From NCBI GenBank assembly GCA_963698495.1, contig CAVORB010000020.1, forward strand, positions 85,789 through 149,788: DNA of 64,000 nt. The letters run 5' to 3'. A program made the translations under genes and the position numbers. The notes under the pieces were generated by a model, which was not told the origin of the DNA, did no database searches, and was given only the letters and a program-made list of their open reading frames with translations. The DNA is from an uncultured Gammaproteobacteria bacterium. GTDB lineage: Bacteria; Pseudomonadota; Gammaproteobacteria; Chromatiales; Chromatiaceae. Below are positions 30,587-41,639 of the stretch, one piece after another. The first letter of the stretch is position 1, and each line of letters starts with the position of its first letter.

Positions 30587-31519
30587 CTACCACTGGGTGA
30601 TGGCGCCGCCGGTGGTGCGCATCTCGTACTTGGGCACGAGGTAGCCGCGGTTCTTGTAGCCGAAGCGGTCGCGCTCGATGATGCCGTTGTCCTGCTTGTC
30701 GCGGCCCACCCGCTCGAAGGTCTCCTCGTCCACCCGCAGGCCCCACTTGGTCACCCGCTCGACCTTACCGGTCTCCTCGTTGGCGACAGGCACGGTGAGC
30801 GCCCTGCCGGTCGGATCGACGGCCTCGACGATGATGTAGTAGTTCCGCGCCCCGGTGTTGATGTCCGGCACGCGCCAGACGCCGCTCTTCTCGCCCGGCT
30901 GGTTGACGATGCGCAGGCTGTACTCCTGCTCCAGGGCGGTGCGCATGTCCTGCAGCGACGCCAGGGCCGCGCGGGCGGCGTCCGTGTCCTCCTCCCGCAG
31001 GGCCGCCCTGCCGGCGTTCAGCAGGCGCCCGGCGCTCACCTTGGCGTCTTCTGACTCCGCGATCTCCAGCACTTGGGCATGGGCGGACGCGAGATCGTCC
31101 GGCAGAGCGGCATCCGGGGCGACGAAGACGAAGTAGTTGACCGCCCAGGCGAGGATCAAGGCGCCGATTCCGCCCGCCACCCACTTGCCCCACTTGTCGC
31201 GGCTGACGTAGAGACGCGCGAGCCTGATGCCCAGCCCCTCCGGGGGCGACTTGTAGACGAAGCGGTCCTCCTTGAGCGCGGCCACGCCCTCGTCGAGGAT
31301 GTGATCCGAGACCTCGATGCCCTGGGCCTGATAGATCTTGCGCAACCGCTCCTTGAGGTCCTGCTCGCGGCCCGCGGCGTCGAGCTCGCGCTTGACCAGA
31401 CGCTCGCGCCGGCGCAGCGTGTCGACCACGTCCATGGCCATCATGACCTCGTCCAGCGGCTGCTTGCCGCCCGCCCCGGAGGTCTCCGGGGCGGCTGGCG
31501 CGGCGGCTTCCGCGCTCAT
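30587..31519 (-). CDS. Single-pass membrane protein of unknown function
   Basis: 310-aa intact ORF with TM WVAGGIGALILAWAVNYFVFV. Its start overlaps the upstream stop (ATGA). Confidence 0.6.
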   Translation of the reverse strand: MSAEAAAPAAPETSGAGGKQPLDEVMMAMDVVDTLRRRERLVKRELDAAGREQDLKERLRKIYQAQGIEVSDHILDEGVAALKEDRFVYKSPPEGLGIRLARLYVSRDKWGKWVAGGIGALILAWAVNYFVFVAPDAALPDDLASAHAQVLEIAESEDAKVSAGRLLNAGRAALREEDTDAARAALASLQDMRTALEQEYSLRIVNQPGEKSGVWRVPDINTGARNYYIIVEAVDPTGRALTVPVANEETGKVERVTKWGLRVDEETFERVGRDKQDNGIIERDRFGYKNRGYLVPKYEMRTTGGAITQW

Positions 31520-32694
31520 TCGGCGGCGGCCGCCAGGCCCTTGCCCTGCTCGGCGAGGCGGGCGAGCTTGCGCTTGCCGTCCTCGACCGCGTCGCGGATC
31601 TCCGCGGCGTTGACGGTGCTCTGCTTGCGCATCTCCTCGATGATCTCGTGGGACTTGGTCTGCCAGTTGACCACCGAGTCCACCAGCTTCTTGACCGCGT
31701 CGGCCCGCACCGTCGGCCCGTAGCCCGCTCTCACGGCCGCCTCCTGGACCTTGCCGCCGATGTCGGCGAGCACCTCCAGGGACTGGCTCACGCCCTCCTT
31801 CATCGCCTCCACCGTCTTGGTGCCCTCGTGCAGGCCAAACATGCCGGTGAAGGAGGCGGTGAGCGCGGTCAGCACCACCTCGTTGGTGCTGAAGAAGCTC
31901 ACCGCCTGTGCGTAGACCCGCTCCTTGGCGTTGGTGGTCTGCAGCAGGCGGGCCATGACCACCTCGGAGGTGTTGTAGCTGATGGTGAGGTTGTCCGACA
32001 GGTCCTTGGCGATCTGATAGCGCTTCTCCTCGCCCTGCAGGGCGCGCACCTTCTCGTCGCGGGCCATCTCCAGCTTGGCCCGTTCGGCCATCTCCTCTCC
32101 CTGATAGCCCTCCACCGTCTTCATCGCCGCGTCGACCGCCGCCTTGGCAGCGTCGAGCCGGCCCTCGGCGGTCTTCAGCACCTCGAGTGCCAGCACCTCG
32201 GACTGCTTGAGCGCCCCGCGGAAGTCCTGATAGGCCTCGAGGATCTTCTGCTCGCGCTGGATCTGGTCCTGGGTGGAGGCGGTGACGTCGAGATAGGTGT
32301 CCTTGATCTTGTCGAACCGGCTGGCGATGTCGCCGCGCGTGACCTTCATCCAGACGTTGCCCATGCGCTCGAAGGTGTCGATCCTGCCGTCCTCGACCTG
32401 GTCGACCATGGACTTGGCGTCGTCGCGGATGCTGTTGAAGGCGTCGGTGATCTCCTCGTAGCGCTCGCCGATCTCCATTGCCTGCACCTGCTCGCGCACC
32501 ACGTCGTTGAACAGCGAGGCCTGGTCGAGGGTGCGCGCGATGGCGGTGACGCGCCCCTCGTCGAGCTCCGAGATCTGATTGAGGAGCGCGATGATGGGCG
32601 CCTCCTGGTTCCCGCCCTCGGGAACGAGCCCGAGGTCGTGGAGCTGGTTCATCGCCTTGTCGAGGTACTGCATGGGGGTAGCAGGGGTGGTCAT
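31516..32694 (-). CDS. TelA-like (toxic-anion-resistance-family-like) coiled-coil protein
   Basis: Strong SD GGAGGA then ATG MTTPATPMQ. About 392 aa, all-helical, with segment order resembling TelA. Homology not verified. Confidence 0.5.
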   Translation of the reverse strand: MTTPATPMQYLDKAMNQLHDLGLVPEGGNQEAPIIALLNQISELDEGRVTAIARTLDQASLFNDVVREQVQAMEIGERYEEITDAFNSIRDDAKSMVDQVEDGRIDTFERMGNVWMKVTRGDIASRFDKIKDTYLDVTASTQDQIQREQKILEAYQDFRGALKQSEVLALEVLKTAEGRLDAAKAAVDAAMKTVEGYQGEEMAERAKLEMARDEKVRALQGEEKRYQIAKDLSDNLTISYNTSEVVMARLLQTTNAKERVYAQAVSFFSTNEVVLTALTASFTGMFGLHEGTKTVEAMKEGVSQSLEVLADIGGKVQEAAVRAGYGPTVRADAVKKLVDSVVNWQTKSHEIIEEMRKQSTVNAAEIRDAVEDGKRKLARLAEQGKGLAAAAE

Positions 32695-32820
32695 GGTTCC
32701 TCCAGGTAATTCTTCGGTTTCTTCGGGAGCGGTGCGCGGGGTTCTCTTCTTACCCGAAAAGCGGATCACCCGCCACCTCGACCGGCATGCCAGCCCGCGC
32801 CGTCCGAACAATGGGATCGG

Positions 32821-33108
32821 CTAGACCAGGCCGAAGATGACGAAGTGCAGCACCAACGGCGGCAACAGGGTGCGCAACAGCAGGGTGCGGAACCGACGCC
32901 CCCGGTTGCGGCGCCAATCGGCAAACAGGGCGGCGAAACCGAACTGCACCCACAGGAGGGACATGAGCAGCCAGAGCTCCTGCAGCTGTCTCGGCTCGCC
33001 GCCGAGCTTCCGGTACTCGTCGACAATCAGCCAGCTTGCAGCGCCCCAGGCGAGCGCAGCGGCCACCCAGGGGATATCCGGACCGATCGAGATTCTTCTC
33101 CACGACAT
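32821..33108 (-). CDS. Small membrane protein
   Basis: 95-aa ORF with 2-3 hydrophobic helices, immediately upstream of the TelA-like gene on the same strand. Confidence 0.4.
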   Translation of the reverse strand: MSWRRISIGPDIPWVAAALAWGAASWLIVDEYRKLGGEPRQLQELWLLMSLLWVQFGFAALFADWRRNRGRRFRTLLLRTLLPPLVLHFVIFGLV

Positions 33109-33148
33109 CAGGCGACCGGGAGCGAGGGGTGGGGGGGCCGCGCTCCCC

Positions 33149-34930
33149 TCACTCGGTTTGCACCGCGTCGGGCAGCACCGTCTTGGCCATGCGCTTGGCG
33201 AAGTAGTAGATCCGCTTCTGCTTCTCGATGATGTCGACCTCCAGGGTGTAAGCCGGGATGCGGTTCGGCTCCTCCGCCACCAGTCGCCGGGTTTCGTGCA
33301 ACGCGGCCGAGTCGGCGATGCGGTTGATCTCGGTCTTCATGCCCACCACCGCCTGCGCCGCCGTCTCGCTGCGCTGGGAGACGGCCTCGACCGCGGAGCG
33401 CACCGCGCTGGTGATCGCCGCCTGGAAGCCGTTCAGCACCTCCTGGGTGGGCGGGCTGACCTTGACCTCCTGATCGATCCGATCGTAGCCCAGGACCACC
33501 AGGTTGGTCTCGATGACGTCGCCGATGTTCTCCAGGTTGATCGCCGCCTCCATCAGGCGGAGAAACTCCTTCATCTCCTCTTCCGAGAGCTGCTGCTTGC
33601 TGATCTTACCCAGGTACTCGACGGTCGCGGCGTACAGGATATCGACCGCGTCGTCCATGCGTCTGACCTCCTCCAGCCCCTCCCTGTCGCCGGCGATGAT
33701 GGCCGGCATGATCCGTTCCAGCATCTGGTTCACCGTCTCGCCCATCTGTTGGATCTCCAGGCGCACCCTGTCCAAGGCAAAGGCCGGCGTCCCGAGCAGG
33801 GCGTCGTCCAGATATTTGGGGCGAACGATGACGCCCTCATCCTCCAGCGGCCGATCGGGTATCAAGCGCTCCACGAAGCGCGCGATGACCCCGGTGAACC
33901 AGATGAAGATGAGCGTGTTCGCGACGTTGAAAAAGGTGTGTGCGTTGGCGATCTGGCGCGGCGTTTCCGCCGCCAGGCGAGCGGCGCCGGACAGGTCCGG
34001 ATAAGTCGGAGAGATGGCGGTCACCGCCGCGGCGAGAACCCCGATCAGCGGCAGCCAGATGATCACCCCGGCCACGTTGAACATCAGATGGACGATGGCG
34101 GCCCTGACAGCCTCCCTCGGCTTGCCGATGACGGCGAGCAGCGCCGTGGCGCAGGTGCCGATATTCGAGCCGAAGGCAAGCGCGATGCCCGCCTGCAGAC
34201 TGATGAATCCCTGGGACGCCATCACGATGACGATGCCGGTGGTTGCCGAGGACGACTGGACGATGGCGGTGAAGGCCGCGGCGATCAGGACCCCGATGAT
34301 CGGGTTGTCCATGGTCTGCATCAGGTCGAGAAAGGGCTGATAGCTGCGCAGCGGCTGCATGGACTCGCCCATCACGTTCATGCCGAAAAAGATCAGGCCC
34401 AGCCCCATGAGCATCGCGCCGTACTTCTTGGTCTTCTCGTGCTTGGAGACAAACAGCATGCCGAAGCCGACGGCGATCATGAGCATGGCCGCCTTGGTGA
34501 CCTTGAAGGCGACGATCTGGGCCGTGATGGTCGTCCCGATGTTGGCCCCCATGATGACCCCAATGGACTGGGAGAGGGACATCAGCCCGGCGGTGATGAA
34601 GCCGACGACCAGGACCGTGGTCACGGAAGAGGACTGGATGACCGCCGTCACCAAGGCGCCGGTGGCGACGCCCATGTAGCGGTTGGTCGTCAGCCTGGCG
34701 AGGATGCTCTTCATACGCTCGCCGGCGACCGCCTTGAGGGCGTCGGCCATCATGTCCATCCCGTAGAGGAACAGGGCGAGACCGCCGAGGAGGCCCATGG
34801 TCATGACCCCCCAATCGATCTCGACGCCGGCGTCCCCGGCGGCAAGAACCGGCGCGGTGACGGCCCCGAGGCCGAGAGCGAGCAGGAACAGACGCACCAC
34901 GAGAGCGTCAGGAATCGGAAGCTTGGGCAT
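33149..34930 (-). CDS. Na/Pi cotransporter family protein with PhoU-like C-terminal domain
   Basis: 593-aa intact ORF. Duplicated GANIGTTITAQ / GSNIGTCATAL motifs and a helical C-terminal half. Confidence 0.9.
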   Translation of the reverse strand: MPKLPIPDALVVRLFLLALGLGAVTAPVLAAGDAGVEIDWGVMTMGLLGGLALFLYGMDMMADALKAVAGERMKSILARLTTNRYMGVATGALVTAVIQSSSVTTVLVVGFITAGLMSLSQSIGVIMGANIGTTITAQIVAFKVTKAAMLMIAVGFGMLFVSKHEKTKKYGAMLMGLGLIFFGMNVMGESMQPLRSYQPFLDLMQTMDNPIIGVLIAAAFTAIVQSSSATTGIVIVMASQGFISLQAGIALAFGSNIGTCATALLAVIGKPREAVRAAIVHLMFNVAGVIIWLPLIGVLAAAVTAISPTYPDLSGAARLAAETPRQIANAHTFFNVANTLIFIWFTGVIARFVERLIPDRPLEDEGVIVRPKYLDDALLGTPAFALDRVRLEIQQMGETVNQMLERIMPAIIAGDREGLEEVRRMDDAVDILYAATVEYLGKISKQQLSEEEMKEFLRLMEAAINLENIGDVIETNLVVLGYDRIDQEVKVSPPTQEVLNGFQAAITSAVRSAVEAVSQRSETAAQAVVGMKTEINRIADSAALHETRRLVAEEPNRIPAYTLEVDIIEKQKRIYYFAKRMAKTVLPDAVQTE

Positions 34931-35412
34931 TGAGGCTGGTCTCCCCCCAAAACAGCAACGGCCTTGAGCGGTTGCTTCGATCTTGAATCGGACCCGCCAA
35001 CGGTCGCCTACCGCGCTTTGTCCTTGGCCATTCAGCCGACCGCCTCACACCCCGAGGGAAGGGGTGGGAGCCGGCGGTTACTCGGTCGGAAGGTGGCGGT
35101 CCGTGAGCGGGCATGCAGGCCGGACATCCTATCCGGCCCAACCGGCGGTGGGGACACCGCAGCGACTTTCCTGTTCGGACCCCCACAACTGTATTCTTTT
35201 TCGCGTCTTGCGCCAGATCTGCCGGTATATTTTTCTCCGACGAAAGGCGCTCATGTCCCGCCCGCTCTCCAAGCGAGAATAAGCGAAACCGGGCGCGCGT
35301 GGGGTCGCGGCGGCATTCCCTCGCTTGCTCCCGGCGGTGATCACCCTTATCCGCGCGGACCGGACGCGTTCCTTGCGCTATCCTGAACAAATCTGCCCAT
35401 CGAAGAACCCAG

Positions 35413-35973
35413 GTGCCGATCATGCCGACCCGATTCCTGCCGTCCCTCCTACTATCCCTCCTTCTCGCGATCCCGGTCGGCGCCTTGGCGGAAGGTCAGC
35501 GCGTCCAGCTCCTCGGCCTGACCTCCCAGGTCCCGGCAAGCTGGGTGCCGGAGCAGGCCGCGAGCGATATGCGGCTACTCCAGTTCAAGATACCGGGCGC
35601 TGAGGGGTCCGAGGGTGCTGACTTCATCGTCTACTACTTCGGACCCAATCAAGGCGGCTCGGTGGAAGCCAACGTGGCGCGCTGGCAGTCGCAGTTCTCC
35701 AATCCGGACGGCAGCGAGGTGGAGCCGGTCGTCAGCACGCTGCAAGGCGTACAGCCGGCCACGCTGGTGGAGCTGGAGGGCAGCTACGCGCGCAGCGTCG
35801 GCATGGGGCAGGCCGTCGAGGCCCAACCGGCCCGCATGCTGCTGGCGGCGGTCGTGGAAACGGCCAAGGGCAACCTGTACCCGCAGCTGCACGGTCCCGC
35901 GGATCTGGTCAAGGCGCAACGCGCGGGTTTCGTCGCCTTTGTCGAAGGCTTGACCGCCGATCCGGCGCCCTGA
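35413..35973 (+). CDS. Secreted hypothetical protein
   Basis: Signal peptide LPSLLLSLLLAIPVGALA. The start may be ATG 35422. No family recognised. Confidence 0.55.
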   Translation: MPIMPTRFLPSLLLSLLLAIPVGALAEGQRVQLLGLTSQVPASWVPEQAASDMRLLQFKIPGAEGSEGADFIVYYFGPNQGGSVEANVARWQSQFSNPDGSEVEPVVSTLQGVQPATLVELEGSYARSVGMGQAVEAQPARMLLAAVVETAKGNLYPQLHGPADLVKAQRAGFVAFVEGLTADPAP

Positions 35974-35978
35974 AACGA

Positions 35979-36003
35979 AGAGGCCGGCACCCGGCCGGCC
36001 TCT
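35979..36003. terminator. Perfect 10-bp GC-rich hairpin between convergent genes
   Basis: AGAGGCCGGC-ACCCG-GCCGGCCTCT. There is no clear U-tract on the plus strand. Confidence 0.45.
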
Positions 36004-36081
36004 CTATCCCGCCCCCGGGCCGCAGCGTGGCTGCTCCCGGGTTTCTTGTCATCCGCTCATTCCGAGCGGCCGCATCCGTGC

Positions 36082-36567
36082 TTACTTGACCTCGATCTGG
36101 CGACGCGTGGTCTTGTGGGTCTTGGGCAGATGCACCTCGAGCATCCCGTCCTTGAACTCGGCCTTGGCCTTCTCGAGGTCCACGTCCTCCGGCATCCGGA
36201 TCGTGCGGCTGAAGCTGCCGGTCGCGATCTCAGAGCGGAAGTACTCGCCCTCCTCCGTCTTCTCCTCGCGCCTGCGCTCACCCTTGATGGTGAGCAATTG
36301 GCCGCTGAGGTCTACGTGGATGTCCTTTTTCTCCACGCCCGGGATCTCCGCCCGCACCAGGATCTCCTCCTCGCGGTCGATCACATCCACGCGCGGCGCG
36401 ACGAAATCCAGCCCTTGCTCAAGCTGGCTCCACTCGGGCCACATGTCGCGGAACGGACGCAGCCATCCGCGGTGGAACAGGGTGTCGAAAGCACGGTCCA
36501 TGTCGCCGAAGAGATCAATCTCACGACGCGGGACCGCCTCTACCATCTCGTTACGTTTCGTCTTCAT
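36082..36567 (-). CDS. Small heat-shock protein (Hsp20/IbpA family)
   Basis: ACD pattern ILVRAEIPGVEKKDIHVDLSGQLLTIKGER...FSRTIRMPEDVDLEKAKAEFKDGMLEVHLPK. Confidence 0.9.
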   Translation of the reverse strand: MKTKRNEMVEAVPRREIDLFGDMDRAFDTLFHRGWLRPFRDMWPEWSQLEQGLDFVAPRVDVIDREEEILVRAEIPGVEKKDIHVDLSGQLLTIKGERRREEKTEEGEYFRSEIATGSFSRTIRMPEDVDLEKAKAEFKDGMLEVHLPKTHKTTRRQIEVK

Positions 36568-36599
36568 GGCAGTCCTCCTGCTTGCTGGTTTCCTACCAT

Positions 36600-36631
36600 G
36601 AAGATAGTATCGGAGAGCCCGAATTTCAAGC
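36600..36631 (-). promoter_or_regulatory. Candidate sigma-32 promoter for the hsp20 gene
   Basis: An exact CTTGAAA lies on the minus strand (36630-36624). A CCGATACTAT-like -10 region follows, about 35-60 nt upstream of the ATG. Confidence 0.35.
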
Positions 36632-36654
36632 CTGAAACATACGTTTTAATCTTT

Positions 36655-37278
36655 TTATTTCATATAGTTATCGATAAAAAACGCTGATGAACCAGCGCCG
36701 TCCTCCCTCCCCGCCGAGACGCCCGAAGACGCGCCTCGAGACCGGGTGACGGAGGGGTTGCGGCGGCGGCTGACCGGATCGAAGCGCACCAGCCGCAGCC
36801 TCCAGCCGCGGTCCGATATGCTCAGGATCATGCACGACGGGCCGCCGAAGGTCCGCGCCCGACCGGCGGCTCCGGGGTTCAAGACCCAGGGCGTCCGCAC
36901 GCGATCCGCGACCAGCCGGTGGCTGTGCCCATAGATCACGGCACGGGCCCCGGGGAAGCGGCGTCGCAGGCGCTCGTGGCGGTCCCGCGCGGGAATCTGG
37001 TGACCGTGGATCACCGCCAGGGTGCCGCCCGGCAGGGCAAGCTCCTGCTGCTCGGGGAGCTCGCTCAGAAGCTGCCGCTCCTCCTCCGGCCATTTGCACG
37101 GCAGGTCGTTGTTGCCGGTGACGGCGAGTACCCGGCCCGACCTCGGCCGCAGCCGGGCCAGCACGGAGGCGTTGCCGATGTCACCGCCATGCACCGCGAG
37201 ATCGCAGTCCGCGACCAGGCCTTCCACCCGCTCATCCAGTTGCCCGTGAGTGTCCGCGAGGATGGCGACACGGATCAC
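36655..37278 (-). CDS. YfcE-like metallophosphoesterase
   Basis: VAILADTHG, HGGDIG, GNND and IYGHSH motifs with a GTG start. The C-terminal about 45 aa are low-complexity and run into AT-rich DNA, so the tail is doubtful. Confidence 0.75.
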   Translation of the reverse strand: MIRVAILADTHGQLDERVEGLVADCDLAVHGGDIGNASVLARLRPRSGRVLAVTGNNDLPCKWPEEERQLLSELPEQQELALPGGTLAVIHGHQIPARDRHERLRRRFPGARAVIYGHSHRLVADRVRTPWVLNPGAAGRARTFGGPSCMILSISDRGWRLRLVRFDPVSRRRNPSVTRSRGASSGVSAGREDGAGSSAFFIDNYMK

Positions 37279-37281
37279 GGC

Positions 37282-38280
37282 TCACTCGGTGGTCAGGACC
37301 AGCTTGCCCTGGGTATGGCCCTCCTCGATGCGCCGGTGGGCGGCCGCGGCCTCGGCGAGAGGGAAGGTCTCGGCGACCTCGATGCGAAGCTCGCCGCGGT
37401 CGATCCACTGCCCGCAGCGGCGCAGGATCTCGCCCTGATGAGCGCGGGCCCGCGGCAGATTGCGCAGCAGGGGGACGAGCATGAGCTCGAAGCCGATACG
37501 CAGGTTGCGCATACGTGCCTCCGTCCAATCGACGTCCGGTCCCGGCTCGAGGATGGTGACCAGGTCCCCGTAGTGGGCCATGGCCGGTATGGTGCGGCGC
37601 AGGACCTCCGGCCCGACGGTGTCCAGGGCGACGTCCACGCCCCTGCCCTCGGTCCAGTCCATGACCGCCTCCACCAGGTCCTCCTCGCGGTAGTTGATGA
37701 CGTATTCCGCGCCCAGCTCGTGGGCGAACTCGGCCTTCTCGGGCCCGCTGACGGTGGTGCAGACGCGAGCCCCGGCGAGCCTTGCGAGCTGAATCGCCAC
37801 GTGGCCGACACCGCCGGCGCCCGCGTGGACCAGTACCGTTCCACCCTCCGACAGACGGGCGCGGTCGTGCAGCGCCTCCCATGCGGTGATCAGCACCAGC
37901 GGGGCGGCCGCCGCATGCACGAAATCCAGACTGGCGGGCATGGGCTGGGCCACCGCCTCGTCCACCAGGGCGTACTGGGCATAGTTGCCCTCCGGTCCGC
38001 CAAGCCCCCCATGACAGAACCAGACCGCGTCACCCGGCTTGAAGCGCTTGACCTCATCACCGATCGCCTCGACCACGCCCGCGCCGTCGCAGCCCAGCAC
38101 CGCCGGCAGCCCGTCGGGCACGAATACCCCTCGGGTACGGATCTTGGTGTCGACCGGATTCACCCCCGCCGCCGCCAGCCGCACCAGCACCGCCGTCGGC
38201 TGGGTGAGCACCGGCATGGGCCGATCCACCAACTGCAACACCTCCGGGCCGCCGGTCTGGCGCATCTCGATTGCCTTCAT
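37282..38280 (-). CDS. Zinc-type alcohol dehydrogenase/quinone oxidoreductase family protein
   Basis: MKAIEMRQTGGPEVLQLV..., GVNPVDTKIR and VLVHAGAGGVGHVAIQLA. Intact. Confidence 0.85.
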   Translation of the reverse strand: MKAIEMRQTGGPEVLQLVDRPMPVLTQPTAVLVRLAAAGVNPVDTKIRTRGVFVPDGLPAVLGCDGAGVVEAIGDEVKRFKPGDAVWFCHGGLGGPEGNYAQYALVDEAVAQPMPASLDFVHAAAAPLVLITAWEALHDRARLSEGGTVLVHAGAGGVGHVAIQLARLAGARVCTTVSGPEKAEFAHELGAEYVINYREEDLVEAVMDWTEGRGVDVALDTVGPEVLRRTIPAMAHYGDLVTILEPGPDVDWTEARMRNLRIGFELMLVPLLRNLPRARAHQGEILRRCGQWIDRGELRIEVAETFPLAEAAAAHRRIEEGHTQGKLVLTTE

Positions 38281-38349
38281 CGCCTTGCCTCCGTCTCTCG
38301 CAGGGTTATGCTTTCGACTATCGCACCTCGATGATGGGGCCGCCCCGCG

Positions 38350-39012
38350 ATGCATGACAAGCCCGAAGACGACCCGGGACTGCTGTATGACGGTCCGGCG
38401 GACGCGCGCTGGAGCCTGATCCTGGCGCATGGCGCCGGTCAGGGCATGGACTCCCCGTTCATGGAGACGCTGGCCCAGGCTGCTGGCCGGGCGGGATTAC
38501 GGGTCGTGCGTTTCGAGTTTCCGTACATGACGCGGATGCGGCTGAGCGGACAGCGCCGCCCGCCGGATCGCGAGCCCGTTCTGCGCGCGCGCTGGAATGA
38601 GGTCATCGACCGTGTACTCGCTGACGGCATGGCGTCGGGGCGGCTTCTCATCGGCGGCAAGTCCATGGGCGGGCGCATGGCGAGCCTGATCGCGGACGAG
38701 CGGGAGGCGGGCGGGCTGATCTGCCTTGGCTACCCCTTTCATCCCCCGGGCAAGCCGGATCAGCTGCGCGTGGAGCACCTGACGGACCTGCGCACCCCTG
38801 CCCTCATCTGCCAGGGCACGCGCGACCCCTTCGGCAACCGGCAAGAGGTCGGCGGCTATCCGTTGAGCCAGCGCATCCGCCTGGCCTGGATCGAGGATGG
38901 AGAGCACAGCTTCAAGCCCCGCAAACAGTCCGGACGCACCTGGGAGCAGAACCTGGAGCAGGCGGCCGCAGAGATCGTGTCATTCGCCGCATCCCTGAAG
39001 ACGCGGGCCTGA
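38350..39012 (+). CDS. Alpha/beta hydrolase (KANL3/Tex30-like)
   Basis: LILAHGAGQGMDSPFM, nucleophile elbow GGKSMGG and a C-terminal DGEHSF. Confidence 0.8.
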   Translation: MHDKPEDDPGLLYDGPADARWSLILAHGAGQGMDSPFMETLAQAAGRAGLRVVRFEFPYMTRMRLSGQRRPPDREPVLRARWNEVIDRVLADGMASGRLLIGGKSMGGRMASLIADEREAGGLICLGYPFHPPGKPDQLRVEHLTDLRTPALICQGTRDPFGNRQEVGGYPLSQRIRLAWIEDGEHSFKPRKQSGRTWEQNLEQAAAEIVSFAASLKTRA

Positions 39013-39068
39013 CCGAGCCGAAACCGAAAAACCACAGCGACATAGACGAGCCTGGCGGAACGAGCATC

Positions 39069-39380
39069 ATGCAGATCGAGCACTGGGACCCGGCGCGCGA
39101 CGGCGCGCTCAGCGAGACGAACATGCGGCGCAAGCTGGAGGACCGCGGCTACCTGGTCCACAGGTACGTCTATCCCCCGGGCACCTACTTCCCCGATCAC
39201 GACCACGGGGTGGACAAGATCGACGGCGTGCTCTCGGGGCGGTTCCGGATGACCATGGGCGGCACCAGCGTGGTGCTGGAGGCGGGCGACCTGCTGGTCG
39301 TGCCCATGCACGTTTTCCACAGTGCGGAGGTGGTGGGCGACGAGCCGGTAGTGAGCCTGGACGCGGTCAGAGCGCCCTAA
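39069..39380 (+). CDS. Cupin-domain protein
   Basis: 103 aa with cupin-like motifs PGTYFPDHDHGVDKIDGVLSG and VPMHVFHSAE. Confidence 0.7.
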   Translation: MQIEHWDPARDGALSETNMRRKLEDRGYLVHRYVYPPGTYFPDHDHGVDKIDGVLSGRFRMTMGGTSVVLEAGDLLVVPMHVFHSAEVVGDEPVVSLDAVRAP

Positions 39381-39488
39381 CGACCGGGAACGCCGGCGCG
39401 TCTTTTCGATTTTCCTCGCGGTCTTTCGGGCGCAGAATTATCCGGACCCGCTCTCTGCGGCGGGCATCCTGTCCTCGGAGCTCATCCC

Positions 39489-41066
<1,578 letters not shown>

Positions 41067-41245
41067 CGCCGGGGCCCTGGATCGGGGACGCTCGGCCGGA
41101 GATCAGGGCCGGTCGGACCGCTCCCGGGTCCGGGACAGGATGTGCAGCCCGATGAGGCGCGCGACGACCACTGCCAGGTAGAGCTGGGCCGACAACGGCC
41201 GCCGCCAACCCGAAGCCGCGGGGCGCCACGCCTCGCAAGCCTCTC

Positions 41246-41626
41246 TCAGGGCTCGGGCTCGCCCTCGCCCTGCTCGTACTCGCTGGCGCGGCGCGCATCG
41301 CCGCGGACCCGGTGCACCGGATAGCGCCGCTCGTTGAGGGCGATCTTCTCCTCGGCGGCGGCGAGCAGATCGAGGTCCAGGCGTTCGGAGAGACGGATCA
41401 GGTAGATCAGGATGTCGGCCATCTCGCGGCCCACTTCCCGCTTCTTGCCGGCATCCAGGGAGGCGCTCTGCTCCTCGCTCAGCCACTGAAAGTGCTCCAG
41501 CAGCTCGCCGCACTCGCCCGCCAGGGCCATGGCGAGATTTTTCGGCGAATGGAACTGCTCCCAATCGCGCTCGCGCGCGAAGCGGAGCAGGCGCCGGTTC
41601 AGGTTGGAGAGGCTGTCCTCGGGCAT
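41246..41626 (-). CDS. MazG-like nucleotide pyrophosphohydrolase
   Basis: RDWEQFHSPKNLAMALAGECGELLEHFQW and EMADILIYLIRLSERLDLDL. Confidence 0.8.
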   Translation of the reverse strand: MPEDSLSNLNRRLLRFARERDWEQFHSPKNLAMALAGECGELLEHFQWLSEEQSASLDAGKKREVGREMADILIYLIRLSERLDLDLLAAAEEKIALNERRYPVHRVRGDARRASEYEQGEGEPEP

Positions 41627-41639
41627 GGTGCGGTGATCC

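Noticed and set aside
32837-34933. 698-aa ORF on the plus strand
   Set aside because: It is antisense to the well-supported Na/Pi cotransporter gene and has low-complexity Arg/Asp/Gly-rich sequence.
36919-38334. 471-aa plus-strand ORF
   Set aside because: It is antisense to the metallophosphoesterase and quinone oxidoreductase genes and has no recognisable motifs.
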